From assembly GCA_051546255.1 (NCBI GenBank), contig CP128817.1:124001-188000 (forward strand): 64,000 nucleotides of DNA. The letters are read 5' to 3'. The translations under genes and the position numbers were made by a program. Source of the DNA: Meyerozyma guilliermondii (taxonomy: Eukaryota). A model generated the notes under the pieces. The model was not told the DNA's origin, made no database searches, and worked only from the letters and a program-made list of their open reading frames with translations. Position 1 is the first letter of the stretch; the number at the start of each line of letters is the position of its first letter. Below, piece by piece: positions 31,037-42,577 of this stretch.

Positions 31037-32194
31037 CTAAAGCTGAGCTGCACTAGCAGATTCCAAACGGGGTGTTTCGCCGACATTATGGTTTCTCTTT
31101 CTGATCACATTTTCAATAAATGCTTCTCCAGCCTTGTACGAAGAACGCACTAATGGACCACTAGCAACGTACAAAAATCCCATTTTCAAGGCGGTATCAC
31201 GCCAGTAATCAAACTTCTCAGGAGTGACGTATTCAACCACCTTCATATGACGTTTTGTAGGACGCATGTACTGTCCAAAAGTAACGACATCGCATTTGAT
31301 TTCTCGCAAATCACGGAGCGTTTGCATTATTTGCTCGTCGGTTTCACCGAACCCCAACATCATTGACGTCTTGGTTACCAAAGATGGTTTGGTTTCCTTG
31401 GCACGCTGCAAAATCGACAAAGATTGACGATAAGTAGCCCGGCGATCACGAACATGTGGAGTCAAATCCTCGACCGTTTCTATATTGTGGGCATAAACAT
31501 CCAACCCAGACCGAGCCAACACCAGCGCCATATCCAAATCTCCTCGGAAATCTCCTCCCAACACTTCTACGAGAATCTGTGGTGCTTTTTCTTTGATTTT
31601 TCGCACCGTCTCCGCCAAATGATGAGCACCTCCGTCGACCAAATCGTCACGATCAACAGTCGTGAGCACCACGTACCCCAACCCCCATCTACTAATAGCC
31701 TCAGCTGTGTTTTCCGGCTCCATGGGGTCCGGAGGTGCCGGTTTCCGGCTCGTCTTCACGCTACAAAAACGACACCCACGAGTACAAGTATCTCCCATCA
31801 ACATGATGGTGGCGGTCGCCTCGGACTTCTTTCCACCCCAGCATTCACCAATATTGGGACACTTGGCCTCTTCACAAACGGTGGCTAATTTAAGTTCACG
31901 AACATCCTTCTTCAAAGTGTGAAATGACTTTCCTTTCGGAATGGGCACTTTTAGCCACAGTGGAAGCCTCTGGTCCGGATCTTGTCTGGCAGCTTCCAAT
32001 GGATCTATGGTCATATTTGAGGCTTTTCCGCTGACAAAATCAGCAAACGATGGTCCTTGGTTGAGTTTGTCAGTGAACATGGTTCTTTTTCTTTTTGGTT
32101 TGGGAGGTTCTGCCGTGGCTAATGTTCTCCATATCGTCTTTGTGGGGTTCTGTGAGCACCGAAATGCCGTTATTTGGCCTCGAACAGGAACCAT
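31037..32194 (-). CDS. LIP5: Lipoyl synthase, mitochondrial
   Basis: [41 protein letters not shown]. Confidence 0.97.
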   Translation of the reverse strand: MVPVRGQITAFRCSQNPTKTIWRTLATAEPPKPKRKRTMFTDKLNQGPSFADFVSGKASNMTIDPLEAARQDPDQRLPLWLKVPIPKGKSFHTLKKDVRELKLATVCEEAKCPNIGECWGGKKSEATATIMLMGDTCTRGCRFCSVKTSRKPAPPDPMEPENTAEAISRWGLGYVVLTTVDRDDLVDGGAHHLAETVRKIKEKAPQILVEVLGGDFRGDLDMALVLARSGLDVYAHNIETVEDLTPHVRDRRATYRQSLSILQRAKETKPSLVTKTSMMLGFGETDEQIMQTLRDLREIKCDVVTFGQYMRPTKRHMKVVEYVTPEKFDYWRDTALKMGFLYVASGPLVRSSYKAGEAFIENVIRKRNHNVGETPRLESASAAQL

Positions 32195-32386
32195 AGTGCT
32201 TCGTATAGCGTTTAAGCGGATAAAAAACTCCGCAGAATCAAGAAGATGCCTGGGTTCGCGGTCACGTGCTGACTCGGCCGCACCCTTCCCCGGCCGCGCC
32301 CGGCGGCTAGTACAGAGTGCATTAGTGTACTGACTTGAATTGTTTTACTGATTTTATTATTGTATTGCTTCTATACTACATTACCG

Positions 32387-33232
32387 TCAGTCGTATAACA
32401 TTCTGTGGATGTGATCGTCCTTAAATGAATCCAAATTGTCAAGATTTTTCCACCACGTAAAAAGAAGTGTACTGCAGATAAGCTTGAACCATGGAGTGAA
32501 TACTAACGATTCGTCGTTGAACATTTCGTGCAATTCCTCGGCACTTACGTACTTGTAGTCCTTGACCTCGTTGTAGTTGGCTTCGATTTTGGGATTTTTG
32601 GTTTTCAAGATTAAAATGTAGTCGATTTCATGTTCTCCCCATTTAGACTTCTCATCTCCACTGGCTGATTTGTAATGAATTCTCGTCAAAAATTGGAAAT
32701 CTTCAATAGGTGCATCCTCGGCTGGAATCCCCAATTCGTGCTCGAGTTTACGCTGGGCTGCTATCTTGGCTCCAGCTACAGCGTTGTCCAAAGTTTTGCA
32801 GTCTCCGCCGGCAGAAATGCCCAATTCTCCCGCCACACATAACGGATGAGAGCAGCATGTGTTTGTCCACATAGCAGGGAAAGTAATTTTCTCGTCTGCA
32901 CGTTGTTGCAACAAAAGTTTCCCTTCTTCGTTAAACAAAAAAACCGAAAATGCTCTGTGGAGAAGACCTTGGTTGATATTATCCATTAAATGGCATAGTT
33001 TCTTAGTTCCAGCACCCAAAGGAGTGTCGTCGTAGTCTAGAACAATGCATAACTCGTCCATAAGACGAATTTGTTCTTCGTCATGGCCGGCAAAAACCGC
33101 ATCTGAGCCGTTGGACGAGTCGGAACTGGCCGATGTGGGGACCCCTGAAATCTTCTTCAAGGGTGTGATTTCAGGCCACGTTTGTAACACCTTTTCAGGT
33201 GTCAAACTCTTCACAAGCTGGTCGTACGACAT
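32387..33232 (-). CDS. IDI1: Isopentenyl-diphosphate isomerase type 1
   Basis: LLHRAFSVFLF, WTNTCCSHPL, WGEHEIDY, FTPWF. Confidence 0.97.
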   Translation of the reverse strand: MSYDQLVKSLTPEKVLQTWPEITPLKKISGVPTSASSDSSNGSDAVFAGHDEEQIRLMDELCIVLDYDDTPLGAGTKKLCHLMDNINQGLLHRAFSVFLFNEEGKLLLQQRADEKITFPAMWTNTCCSHPLCVAGELGISAGGDCKTLDNAVAGAKIAAQRKLEHELGIPAEDAPIEDFQFLTRIHYKSASGDEKSKWGEHEIDYILILKTKNPKIEANYNEVKDYKYVSAEELHEMFNDESLVFTPWFKLICSTLLFTWWKNLDNLDSFKDDHIHRMLYD

Positions 33233-33717
33233 GTCGAGAAGAACTCAGCGGAGCATCGCCAATCGCGATCGCAGCGTGTTGGTGTACGGGTGTGTCGGAA
33301 CGACGGTCACGTGAAAACCTCGAACATTAACGATATAGACCGGGTGGTTGCAATACCCTCGAGAATGGTCGGAAATGAAATGACACATTTGTGCATATGT
33401 AATGGCTGCAAATGGAACTGGAAGAAAGTGGTCAATCCACTTTTATTTCAAGCGTTCGTGATCGTGTACGAGATCATAGTGTTTCCAGTATTAGAATTGT
33501 ACTTAAAATGACTTTCTTCTTACTAATTTGAACAGCAGAAATTCAGTACTCAACTCAATGAGCCACTACAGCTTTCTTTACCTTTACAATCTTTGTTTAT
33601 TTTTCTCCCTTTTCTCCCTCTTTCCCAGTTGTCCTGCCACGGCTTCTGGGCGCCACACGACAATGTCGAAATTTTCACCACTTGACACCAAATCATACCG
33701 ACTCACACCTGTGTACC

Positions 33718-35052
33718 ATGGATTCCACCACCGAAACTTCCACCAATGGACGTCCCCGGCGCTTCATCAAGCGTCCTGACGACAGTGCCTTCAACAAGGA
33801 AATCGAGGAATTGAAAAGTGAAATCAAAAAACTCGATTTGTCTGCAAACGAAGTGAGCGCCCAACTCCAAAAGGTGGTGACGGAACCAGCATTGGCCGAA
33901 AGACGTAAGGAGCTTCAGGTGCAACTCCGCGAGTTGATCACCAAGCAGAATGCCATCAAGGGCGAGAGAAACGCCATTATGGACCAGATCAAGGCGGTGG
34001 ACGTTGTGATCAAACGCAAGTTGTCCGAGATTCAGACACAAACTTCGAAGCATAACTTCAAATCTGTGGGAGAAATCGACAAGCGAATTGCACACTTGGA
34101 CAGCTTGGTGGAAGCCGGCGACTTGAAGTTGGCCGAGGAGAAGCGGTATGTGATGGAGATGTCTCAATTGCGGAAAGTTCGCAAGGACTTTGGTGCGGTG
34201 GAAAAGACTCAAGAGTCTATTGATGCTGACAAGGCCAAGGTTGCGGAATTGAAAAAGAAGTTGAGTCAGGTGCAGAACCGGGAGATTCAGGCTCAATTCG
34301 AGAAAATTCAAGCGGAACTCGATGAACTTAACAAGAAAAACCAAGGTGTTTCCGAAAAGCGTAATGAGTTGTTCAAGAAAAGAAACCAGCTCCGCAAGTC
34401 CAAGGACGAAAAATGGGACCGTATCCGCAAGTTGAATGCCGACAAGTCTGCCGAGTTTGCCAAATTCAAGCAGGAGATGGAGGAGGAGAAAAAGAAGCGT
34501 GCCGAAGAAGACCGGTTGCACCGCGAAGAAGAAAAGCGCCGCAAGCGGAAAGAAAATGCTGAAAAGCAATTGGCAGACGCTTCCGTGCCTGCTTTCACCG
34601 CCGAAATCTCCGCAATCCACAATCTCTTATCGTACTTTGATCCTAGCTATGTGAAGCCTCAGCCCAAACCAGTGGTTGCCGGTCCGGCTAAATCCGAAAC
34701 CGTCGGCACTCCAACCACCATCAGAAAGGTGGAGATGCCCGCCGACTTGGTGGTGGTGAAAAAGGAACAAGAAGAGTTCTTTGCTGGCTCCAAGGGTAAG
34801 AAATCCAAGGGTAAAAAGGCCAAATCGAAGAACTTTACCGTGGACCCAGAGGTGATTGTTTCGCTTGGAGACTTGGCCATTCCCTTGCCAACAAAGTCCG
34901 AAGACGTTCCTGAAACCATTGCTACTTTGAAGGAGACATTGACCGCTCTTGAGGGAAAACAGGACGAACAGACCAAGATCAATATCGAGAGAGCCAAGGA
35001 AAGAATTGCCAAATTGGAGGCCGAGGAAACCGAGGAGGAAACTAGTCTGTAG
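33718..35052 (+). CDS. BFR1: Bfr1 coiled-coil mRNP protein
   Basis: ATG at 33718; RRFIKRPD, FKSVGEIDKRI..LD..V..GDLKLAEEKRYV.EMSQL, A..PAF..EI, IPLP. Confidence 0.88.
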   Translation: MDSTTETSTNGRPRRFIKRPDDSAFNKEIEELKSEIKKLDLSANEVSAQLQKVVTEPALAERRKELQVQLRELITKQNAIKGERNAIMDQIKAVDVVIKRKLSEIQTQTSKHNFKSVGEIDKRIAHLDSLVEAGDLKLAEEKRYVMEMSQLRKVRKDFGAVEKTQESIDADKAKVAELKKKLSQVQNREIQAQFEKIQAELDELNKKNQGVSEKRNELFKKRNQLRKSKDEKWDRIRKLNADKSAEFAKFKQEMEEEKKKRAEEDRLHREEEKRRKRKENAEKQLADASVPAFTAEISAIHNLLSYFDPSYVKPQPKPVVAGPAKSETVGTPTTIRKVEMPADLVVVKKEQEEFFAGSKGKKSKGKKAKSKNFTVDPEVIVSLGDLAIPLPTKSEDVPETIATLKETLTALEGKQDEQTKINIERAKERIAKLEAEETEEETSL

Positions 35053-35168
35053 ATATTGATAAGAAAATAAGCAAATAAGCTGAATAAAGACAAATATAAA
35101 GATAATTAAAGGTAAAAGTATTCGCTATACTGTTTGATTGAATTGTCTGGTTCTGCACCCGTGCACCA

Positions 35169-35178
35169 GCGATGAGCT
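35169..35178 (+). promoter_or_regulatory. PAC element
   Basis: GCGATGAGCT about 60 nt upstream of a ribosome-biogenesis-type gene. Confidence 0.6.
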
Positions 35179-35234
35179 CTGAAATATCTACTGAGTATCA
35201 GTCACTCACCACTACGTAATTACCACTTTGCACA

Positions 35235-36302
35235 ATGGCCAAAAGGAAGATTCTGGCTCCCGAGAAGCAAACCAAGAAACCGTACAAGTCAATGCCTCAA
35301 GTAGAGGTAGCACTTTGTATTCCATCGACGGTAATTTCCCATTCCAATGCTCGCAACTTGCAACAAGCTACATTTATAGCGTACCAAATTGCCAAAGCTG
35401 CGACTTTATACAATGTTTCTGAGATCGTAGTGCTCAGTATACCCGATGCTGAAGCTGTGGCCGAAATATCCGGCCCAAAAGTCGTCTCTGCTGCCACTGG
35501 AGGTCAGAAAATCATGTTTGATGAAGTTGCAAATTCGCCAAAAGTGGAACAAAATCATGAAAATCGGAACGACGACGACTCGCTACTCTTAGCAACGCTT
35601 CTCCAATACTTTGTCACTCCACCATACCTTGTCAAGGCTGTTTTCAAAGACAGCAAGTTTCGTAAGAAGTTCAAGTATGCTGAAAAATTGCCCAAAATTC
35701 CATCATTACCATTCATGGCCAACAATGACGTGCACAAAGACTTCAGAGAAGGCCTTTCTGTTGCCAAGAAGACGCCCAAGATCGTCAAAAAGAACAAGAA
35801 AGTATCGGGAAAGAAACTTTCTGTCACCAAATACGTCAATATTGGAGGTGATGAGCTACTCGAATTGGCAGGTCCCGATATTCCTGTAAACGTCAGAGTC
35901 ACCGTAGACGTTAAAAACAAGAAAGTGGTCAGTCCGCGCGACGCATATGGAGTATCTGGCAACAAATCTACGTTTGGATATTTCGTCAGAGTTTCCCGAT
36001 CATTTACGTCAATTTTCACCGAATCGACATTTCCCTCTGGTTATACAAAATCTTATTATATTAGCTGTGATGACTTCTATGGCAAGCCCGATACAGGTAT
36101 TAAGAAGGAAACGTTTGGTGACATTAGTGAGGGCAAAATTCTTTTGGTGATGAGCAATTGGAAGCATCTTGAAGCCAGTTTTCTGGTGGAAGCATTTGAA
36201 GGTGTTGCAAAAGTAAGTGAATTATTCGATGGAGAAATCGAAATGGAACAAGGAATTCGGGTCGAGGATGCGGTGATGGTGGGACTTGCGAGGTGCAGAT
36301 AA
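35235..36302 (+). CDS. SPOUT-family RNA methyltransferase (YGR283C/YMR310C, SPOUT1-like)
   Basis: LCIPSTVI, YQIAKAATLYNVSEIVV, LLQYFVTPPYL, FREGL, GYFVR, IRVEDAV; near BGL2 as in S. cerevisiae. Confidence 0.88.
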   Translation: MAKRKILAPEKQTKKPYKSMPQVEVALCIPSTVISHSNARNLQQATFIAYQIAKAATLYNVSEIVVLSIPDAEAVAEISGPKVVSAATGGQKIMFDEVANSPKVEQNHENRNDDDSLLLATLLQYFVTPPYLVKAVFKDSKFRKKFKYAEKLPKIPSLPFMANNDVHKDFREGLSVAKKTPKIVKKNKKVSGKKLSVTKYVNIGGDELLELAGPDIPVNVRVTVDVKNKKVVSPRDAYGVSGNKSTFGYFVRVSRSFTSIFTESTFPSGYTKSYYISCDDFYGKPDTGIKKETFGDISEGKILLVMSNWKHLEASFLVEAFEGVAKVSELFDGEIEMEQGIRVEDAVMVGLARCR

Positions 36303-36763
36303 TAATTGGTCTGATTAATCAAGTAGAGTAGAATAAAAGACCATGTTGCAGCTGCATATGCATTGACATGTCAATCGTGCAGTCTTTAGTATGGTAGCCG
36401 CATATCGGTAGCTGCATGATAGAATACAGTATCTCCGGGGCACCATACAAAATTCGGGGAAGATTTGTGAGCCATGGCCGCATTGGGATAGGAGATCAGC
36501 CGCTTACGCGATCGTACTTCCCAAATGCGTCATGATATTTCACGTAAACTCCGCGAACCCCCGACGGCCATACATTAGTGTACTGCAGATAGTGCTGAAT
36601 CTAGATGCTTACGATGCAACCGTTTCGTACATGCAGAATTCCGTGCGTTTAACTCACTGTGAAGAAGATGCGAGTCATTCCAATATTGACACCATTGTGA
36701 GTACTTAAGCATAGTTTCCTCCAACAATTACAATATCGTTTATCGTTTATCGAACCCGATTCA

Positions 36764-37120
36764 ATGCTTCTCATCAGTTTGACAATCGTCTTGACCGCGG
36801 CTACTGCCATCTACGTCCCAAATTACTTTAAGCTTGTTCTTCCTCCATCGGAAAATAAGGCCCTGGTAGACTCAGATGGAAGAGTGCAACCACAGCCAGT
36901 ATACCATCCTTACGAGCTGCAGTTTGTACCAACACCAAGATCTGCAGCTGCAGAAACTGCAAGCAGTGCAGAAACGGCTCCGACTGGTTCTGGCTCCACT
37001 AGCTCAAATTCAACCAGCTCGTCGATTTCCCCCACTTCTTCCACCTCCACTCATCATGGAGGTGCTCCAACAATAGGGATGTTTGCTGCTCCTTTTGCCG
37101 CTGGTTTGTTGCTACTTTAG
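36764..37120 (+). CDS. Small putative GPI-anchored protein
   Basis: 118 aa, signal peptide, Ser/Thr stalk, GGA plus hydrophobic C-terminus. Confidence 0.7.
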   Translation: MLLISLTIVLTAATAIYVPNYFKLVLPPSENKALVDSDGRVQPQPVYHPYELQFVPTPRSAAAETASSAETAPTGSGSTSSNSTSSSISPTSSTSTHHGGAPTIGMFAAPFAAGLLLL

Positions 37121-37516
37121 ACGAGATCAGCAGTTATGATTTTTTGAGCTGATCCAATTATTCAAAGATTATTGCAAGAATTTTTGATTACTATCAGAAT
37201 GTCATAATCATATCTTCTGCTTCCATCTATTCATATCCACTATGCTGTTTATCTATTCATTTTCTTTCTCTTTTAGACTTTATATTCGCACAATAAATTG
37301 TTTCATTTTGCACCCGTTGAGCCTGCACATAACCGTCCTGGTCGCAATCCTGGTTTTCCTGCATGTGCCGGCCCCAGTTTTACTGCGCCTTTCTCACTAT
37401 TTTTAGCACGGTCTAGGCCACCCCCCAACCTGATGTTGTGGTGACAGTATGCAGGTTTTCCGCATTTGTGTCGAAAACATACCCGAAAACTTCTTTTGTT
37501 TCATTCCACATTCGCT

Positions 37517-38440
37517 ATGCAATTCAGAACTTTAGCTGCTATTGCCACCGGTTTGACTTGTGTTTCCGCCATTGGTGACCTCGCCTTCAACTTGGGTGTC
37601 AAGGACAACAGTGGTAACTGTAAATCCACTTCGGAATACGAAAGTGACTTCCAAAAATTGTCCCTGTATTCCAAGATTGTCAAAACTTATGCGGTTTCTG
37701 ACTGTAACACTTTGCAAAACTTGGGTCCTGCTGCTGAAGACGCTGGTTTCCAGGTGATGTTTGGAATCTGGCCCAATGACGATGCTCATTTTGAGGCCGA
37801 GAAGGAGGCTTTGCAAACATACTTGCCAAAGATTTCTAAGAAAACCGCTTACGCTTTCTTGGTTGGTTCCGAGGCTTTGTACAGAGACGATTTGAGTGCC
37901 AGTGACTTGGCTTCCAAGATCAGCGAAATCAAGGACTTGTTGAGTGGTATCAAGGACAAGAACGGTGACTCGTACTCTGACGTTCAAGTTGGTACTGTCG
38001 ACTCATGGAACGTTTTGGTGGACGGAAGCTCGCAACCTGCTATTAAGGCTGCTGACTTTGTCTACTCCAACGCTTTCTCGTACTGGCAGGGACAAACCAC
38101 TCAGAACGCTTCCTATTCGTTCTTCGACGACATCATGCAGGCTTTGCAGGTGATCCAAACCACCAAGGGTTCTACCGACATTAACTTCTGGGTTGGTGAG
38201 ACCGGATGGCCCACTCAAGGTACCAACTTTGAGTCTGCTGAGCCCTCATTGGAGAATGCCAAGAACTACTGGCAAAACGCCATTTGTGCCATGAGAGCTT
38301 GGGGTGTCAATGTTGCTGTTTTCGAGGCGTTCGATGAAGCATGGAAGCCCAACACCTCGGGTACCTCTGACGTCGAGAAGTACTGGGGAGTTTTCGACTC
38401 GAACAACTCTCTCAAGTACACCTTGAGCTGCGACTTTTAG
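37517..38440 (+). CDS. BGL2: GH17 beta-1,3-glucanosyltransferase
   Basis: ATG at 37517; IGDLAFNLGVK, LVGSEALYR, WVGETGWPT, FEAFDE.WKP. Confidence 0.96.
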   Translation: MQFRTLAAIATGLTCVSAIGDLAFNLGVKDNSGNCKSTSEYESDFQKLSLYSKIVKTYAVSDCNTLQNLGPAAEDAGFQVMFGIWPNDDAHFEAEKEALQTYLPKISKKTAYAFLVGSEALYRDDLSASDLASKISEIKDLLSGIKDKNGDSYSDVQVGTVDSWNVLVDGSSQPAIKAADFVYSNAFSYWQGQTTQNASYSFFDDIMQALQVIQTTKGSTDINFWVGETGWPTQGTNFESAEPSLENAKNYWQNAICAMRAWGVNVAVFEAFDEAWKPNTSGTSDVEKYWGVFDSNNSLKYTLSCDF

Positions 38441-38525
38441 TTGGTCAAAAGTTGAATTTATACCCTTTCTTACGTTTGTTTTGTCTTCGGACGGCCATTA
38501 AATCATCATGTTCATTAACTGTAGG

Positions 38526-39803
38526 CTATATAAGAAGGAGCGGTAGGAAAACCAAAGGAGAGATGCCTATTATGGCGGCATTATTAGAGGTTGACGAACT
38601 CAGATTTGAAATCGATGACGATGTCTGTGCTGCCAAAGATGTTTGGGGAGTTGAGGTGTGAGCAGCTGAAGTGGAATTATGGGTTGACTCATTGGCGGAG
38701 ACGGTTGGAATGGACTTGGAAGTCACGACATATTTGGGGTAGATTTTAGTGGAAGAAGAAGAAGAAATTGTCGAAGACAATTTCGACGAAGACGATTTTT
38801 CACTTGAAAAGGTCGAACTGGACTCCGAACTCGAACTTGAAGAACTCAAACTTGATGAACTAGAACTTGAACTCGAAGTCGAACTAGAACTAGAACTAGA
38901 ACTTGAAGAAGTAGAGCTTGTTGAACTCGATCTCGAGCTAGAACTTGTTTCCTCCTTTTCCACAGACTTTCCCAGCTGCAACGCTTTAAAGTCAGCATCA
39001 GCCTGGTTTTGTCTTCCATTTACTTTTCCATTTTCTGCCTCGATCGACTGCCAGGATCCAGATTGGTTTGAGTACACATATTTGTCACCCGTAGAGTAGT
39101 CGGTGACAATCAACGACTTGATATGCATGGAGTATGTAGGACCATAAGTGGTGGGTCCTCCGGCCCATTCGATGGTTCCCGGTTCATTAGAAGAGTCTCC
39201 TCCAGCCCAAATTCCTCCCATGATGTACATTGGGGTTTGTGGGTATCCCTGGGGATTATTGGGAAGCAAGGTCCTTACAACTTGACCGTCCAAACTCCAG
39301 GTTAATGAGCCCTTTGACCAGTCAATTGTATAGGTGTGAAAATTTTCCAAAGGATTTGGAGTCACAGTATGAAACTCGCCACGATCGTAAGTTTGCACAT
39401 TTCCTTTGGAGAAGAAGTTGGACTGGAACTGGGTGTCGTCTCCTCCGAGCATTTCAATATCAATCTCGTCTAAATCGTCACTTTGAAGGTAGAAAGAAGA
39501 CACTATACCCTGGCCCTCGGCCGCTTGCATCACCACTTCCACCTTTCCAAACATGATGTAAAAGCTGGATTTGAACGAGGGGTTATCGAACCGCTTCTTA
39601 ATGCTAAGAGTGAGCCCATCACTTCCATAAGAAGCCTGAGCCTCGGATTTTATGATTGGAAAGTACTTGGAACTTTCGGCGAAATCTTCCTTTATGGATG
39701 TTGCCAACGCCACATTACCAGGACATCCTGTGGCCTTGAGCGGGTTACACGACGAAGCCGCCAACGTCGAGGTGGCAAATGCCAAAATACTGACAAGTTT
39801 CAT
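38526..39803 (-). CDS. CRH1: GH16 chitin transglycosylase, GPI-anchored (Crh1/Crh11 family)
   Basis: ATG at 39803; CNPLK...CP, SDDLDEIDIE, YPQTPM, WAGGD...PGTIEWAGG, Ser-rich stalk, GPI tail. Confidence 0.92.
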   Translation of the reverse strand: MKLVSILAFATSTLAASSCNPLKATGCPGNVALATSIKEDFAESSKYFPIIKSEAQASYGSDGLTLSIKKRFDNPSFKSSFYIMFGKVEVVMQAAEGQGIVSSFYLQSDDLDEIDIEMLGGDDTQFQSNFFSKGNVQTYDRGEFHTVTPNPLENFHTYTIDWSKGSLTWSLDGQVVRTLLPNNPQGYPQTPMYIMGGIWAGGDSSNEPGTIEWAGGPTTYGPTYSMHIKSLIVTDYSTGDKYVYSNQSGSWQSIEAENGKVNGRQNQADADFKALQLGKSVEKEETSSSSRSSSTSSTSSSSSSSSSSTSSSSSSSSSLSSSSSSSESSSTFSSEKSSSSKLSSTISSSSSTKIYPKYVVTSKSIPTVSANESTHNSTSAAHTSTPQTSLAAQTSSSISNLSSSTSNNAAIIGISPLVFLPLLLI

Positions 39804-40642
39804 CAACAAGATGTAGAAATCAGCGGCTGCAACTCTTTTTATAGCTGCTGCGGTCGTGCTGCATGATGCACCTTGCCCGCGCATAAAGACGCGAATCTAT
39901 TTTTGGGGCATGCCAAGCGGGCCGTAGTGATGGGCTCACAATTGCCGTGGCCAGGGTAGGTAAAATCGATTTTGGCAGAGTGATGTACACGTATGACTGT
40001 AGCTCTTACAGCAACCCGGGTCTTTTTGGCTTGTTTTTGGTGGTTTTCCGGGGTGCTGGGCCATTGCCTGATCTGCCCGTCCGCCAGCCATCGCATGCAG
40101 GCGGATCACAGATATGCTGCAGAAGATAAGGCGGTCGATCTGAGGTATAGAACAGTAGAAGGAGGCTGCAACTTGGCTCAATAGCAGGTTTTGGTTTTGC
40201 GGTTGCAGAAAATACTGTCTGATTTGCAGCTAGCAAGGAACAATAGAACAATAGATCGTAAATATGCATGCAATGGGTGCAAAGATAGAAAGTGGAGAAG
40301 CAACTTTTATGTGAGAAAATACTAAAGAGCAAAAGCGAATAGAGTCTTAACAGTTTGGAGAAGGTATATCATGTTTATGAAATTTATGGCTTATTTTTTT
40401 GCAAAAGTTTGGAAAAATGCAATTCTACGACAAACCCTCAAGCTCACACAAAGTTCGAAATTTTTATCTGAATTTAATTTCCACTTCTACTCACTTTCAA
40501 CCCTCTGTGTTGTTCCCCCATTCTTTTCTTCGTTCTCTTCTTCTCTTCTTTCTTTTCCTTTCTTCTTTTCTTTCTTCTTCTCTCTTCCACCTCCTGCACA
40601 CACCACACTATTTCCACAATCTCACGGTTTTCAACAGATAAG

Positions 40643-42118
40643 ATGAACTTGCTTGCAGCGCCCTCAGGGCCGCCAGACTTTTTCCAGCCCGATCCCGACG
40701 ACGGAAACCACTTTTCCGGTGATAGAGGCGACCAAACTCTTGATAAGATCATGTTTGTGACGTTTTTTCTGTTTTTAGGTGTCGCCGCCTTGATGGTCAT
40801 TCTTCGTGTGGCGGTGTATTTGGTCCGCAACCGGCAACGATTAAGCGAAGATGAGCTCATGCGCGAGGAGGAGAACCAGGCGTACCTCGAGCTTGGTTCC
40901 GAGGAACAAGAATTATATTTTCAATCCAAAGAGTACCTTTTGACGAATCCATATTTGCGAGGCGAGTTGGCCCTTTCTCAAAATTTGGCCATCCAGGAAC
41001 GAGGAATCAAGGCGTGGGAGTTTATCAAAGATCCCATGCTCACCAATAACGATGTGATCGTCGTAAACAAGACAGAACTCAACTTTTTGAAGGATTTCGA
41101 GTGTTCGGTGCTGACAAACTTGCCCATGCCTCAAAAGAACGATGTTTATTATTTCGAGTGCAAGATGTACCATCTCCCAGAAGATGGCATTACGGTGTCT
41201 GTTGGTCTCGGAATAAAACCATACCCGTGGTTCAGGCTTCCAGGAAGACATTCATACACTGTAAGTTACGATTCCGACGGTCATCGGCGTCATGCCCAAC
41301 CGTTTCCATTTACCGGCACCGCGCCACCATTCCCGCAATTTGCGGAGGGAGATGTCATTGGAGTAGGGTACCGAGTACGCAGCGGGACTGTGTTTTTCAC
41401 TCGAAATGGTAAAAAGGTGAGCGAACTGAAGATCGGCGGTCATATTCGCAACTTCAAAATTCCAGATAAGGGACATTTGTACCCGATTATAGGCGCCAAC
41501 AACATGTGCTCTGTGCATGTCAATTTGGGCCAGATGGGATTTGTTTTCATCGAGGGAAATGTCAAGAAATGGGGCTTTGCTCCTCTCGAAGGAAATGGTC
41601 CGGCACCTCCAGCCTACAATAAGTTTAACGCCGATATTCTTCTCGAGCGGTCTGAGATTGACGAGAGCGATATTTCGGATAGGGAAAGCGACTTTCCTCC
41701 AGATTTCTGGGAGGTGAATGACAACGATCAAGACAAATACAGTTACAATGCGTACGGAGAGGTCAATTCTACAGATGAAAGAATCACATTGGACAGCATA
41801 CGAAACGAGCACGAGGACAATGAGACTGAAGAAGTCGATCCGCCATCGCCTCCTCCATCATATAGTGATGGAAACGAGGTTGAAGCGAATTCGCCAAGAG
41901 AGGAGCCAGAAACGGGTGCGGAAGCCACACAAGAAATCGCAGAAAGTACAGAAGCTGGGGAAACTACCGAAGCTAGAGAAGAAGACGAGACGACTGAGCA
42001 CGAAACAGAAGCTACAGAGGACCACACAGAAGCTGAAAACGAATCAGAAGTGACCGCAGAACATTCAGAAGGCGCAGAAACCTCAGACACACACACGTCC
42101 ACTTCTCCCAACCACTGA
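40643..42118 (+). CDS. EAR1: SPRY-domain Rsp5 adaptor (Ear1/Ssh4 family)
   Basis: N-terminal TM, TNLP....VYYFE.K, KPYPWFRLPGRH, GDVIGVGYR, GFVFIEGNVKKWGFAP, PPAY and PPSY motifs. Confidence 0.8.
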   Translation: MNLLAAPSGPPDFFQPDPDDGNHFSGDRGDQTLDKIMFVTFFLFLGVAALMVILRVAVYLVRNRQRLSEDELMREEENQAYLELGSEEQELYFQSKEYLLTNPYLRGELALSQNLAIQERGIKAWEFIKDPMLTNNDVIVVNKTELNFLKDFECSVLTNLPMPQKNDVYYFECKMYHLPEDGITVSVGLGIKPYPWFRLPGRHSYTVSYDSDGHRRHAQPFPFTGTAPPFPQFAEGDVIGVGYRVRSGTVFFTRNGKKVSELKIGGHIRNFKIPDKGHLYPIIGANNMCSVHVNLGQMGFVFIEGNVKKWGFAPLEGNGPAPPAYNKFNADILLERSEIDESDISDRESDFPPDFWEVNDNDQDKYSYNAYGEVNSTDERITLDSIRNEHEDNETEEVDPPSPPPSYSDGNEVEANSPREEPETGAEATQEIAESTEAGETTEAREEDETTEHETEATEDHTEAENESEVTAEHSEGAETSDTHTSTSPNH

Positions 42119-42577
42119 ACCTCTCTGTTTCTCGTGTCTGCTTCCTAATAGACACATAGTTACATAAGATCCACACCTTCGTCTACTTTCCGACATGGTC
42201 CGAGTCGGCCACCTGATGTCAATACCCCACATTTCGCACGGCATTAGCGCCGCGAACCCATCGCCAACATAGACACTTATTTGTAGTAATGAAGTCATTC
42301 AACCTAAACACAAGAACAACAAACTAGACTGAACGGGGGAGTTACTCTCCATCTCGCTTCAATGCCTCTCTCTTCCAGAACAAGCCCACCCGTAACTTCG
42401 GACTTGTATGTCCTTCCCCGTGGGGTAATATTTGCGGCCCGCAGGCCCGGCGCAAAAACGCCGTGCAAAGTGAGAACTTTAAAGCTAGATAAGAGCGCGC
42501 AAAACCAATAGAATTGAAGAACCACTATCAGGAATACCAATTGGGCCATCTCTTAACTTTTGCCGTTTGCAGCCACA

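Noticed and set aside
36632..36645. TGCAGAATTCCGTG, resembling a 5.8S rRNA stretch (possible snoRNA guide)
   Set aside because: No adjacent D box on the antisense strand and no further rRNA similarity
38749..39099. Glu/Leu-rich ORF with GAACTA repeats
   Set aside because: Reverse complement of the CRH1 poly-Ser stalk
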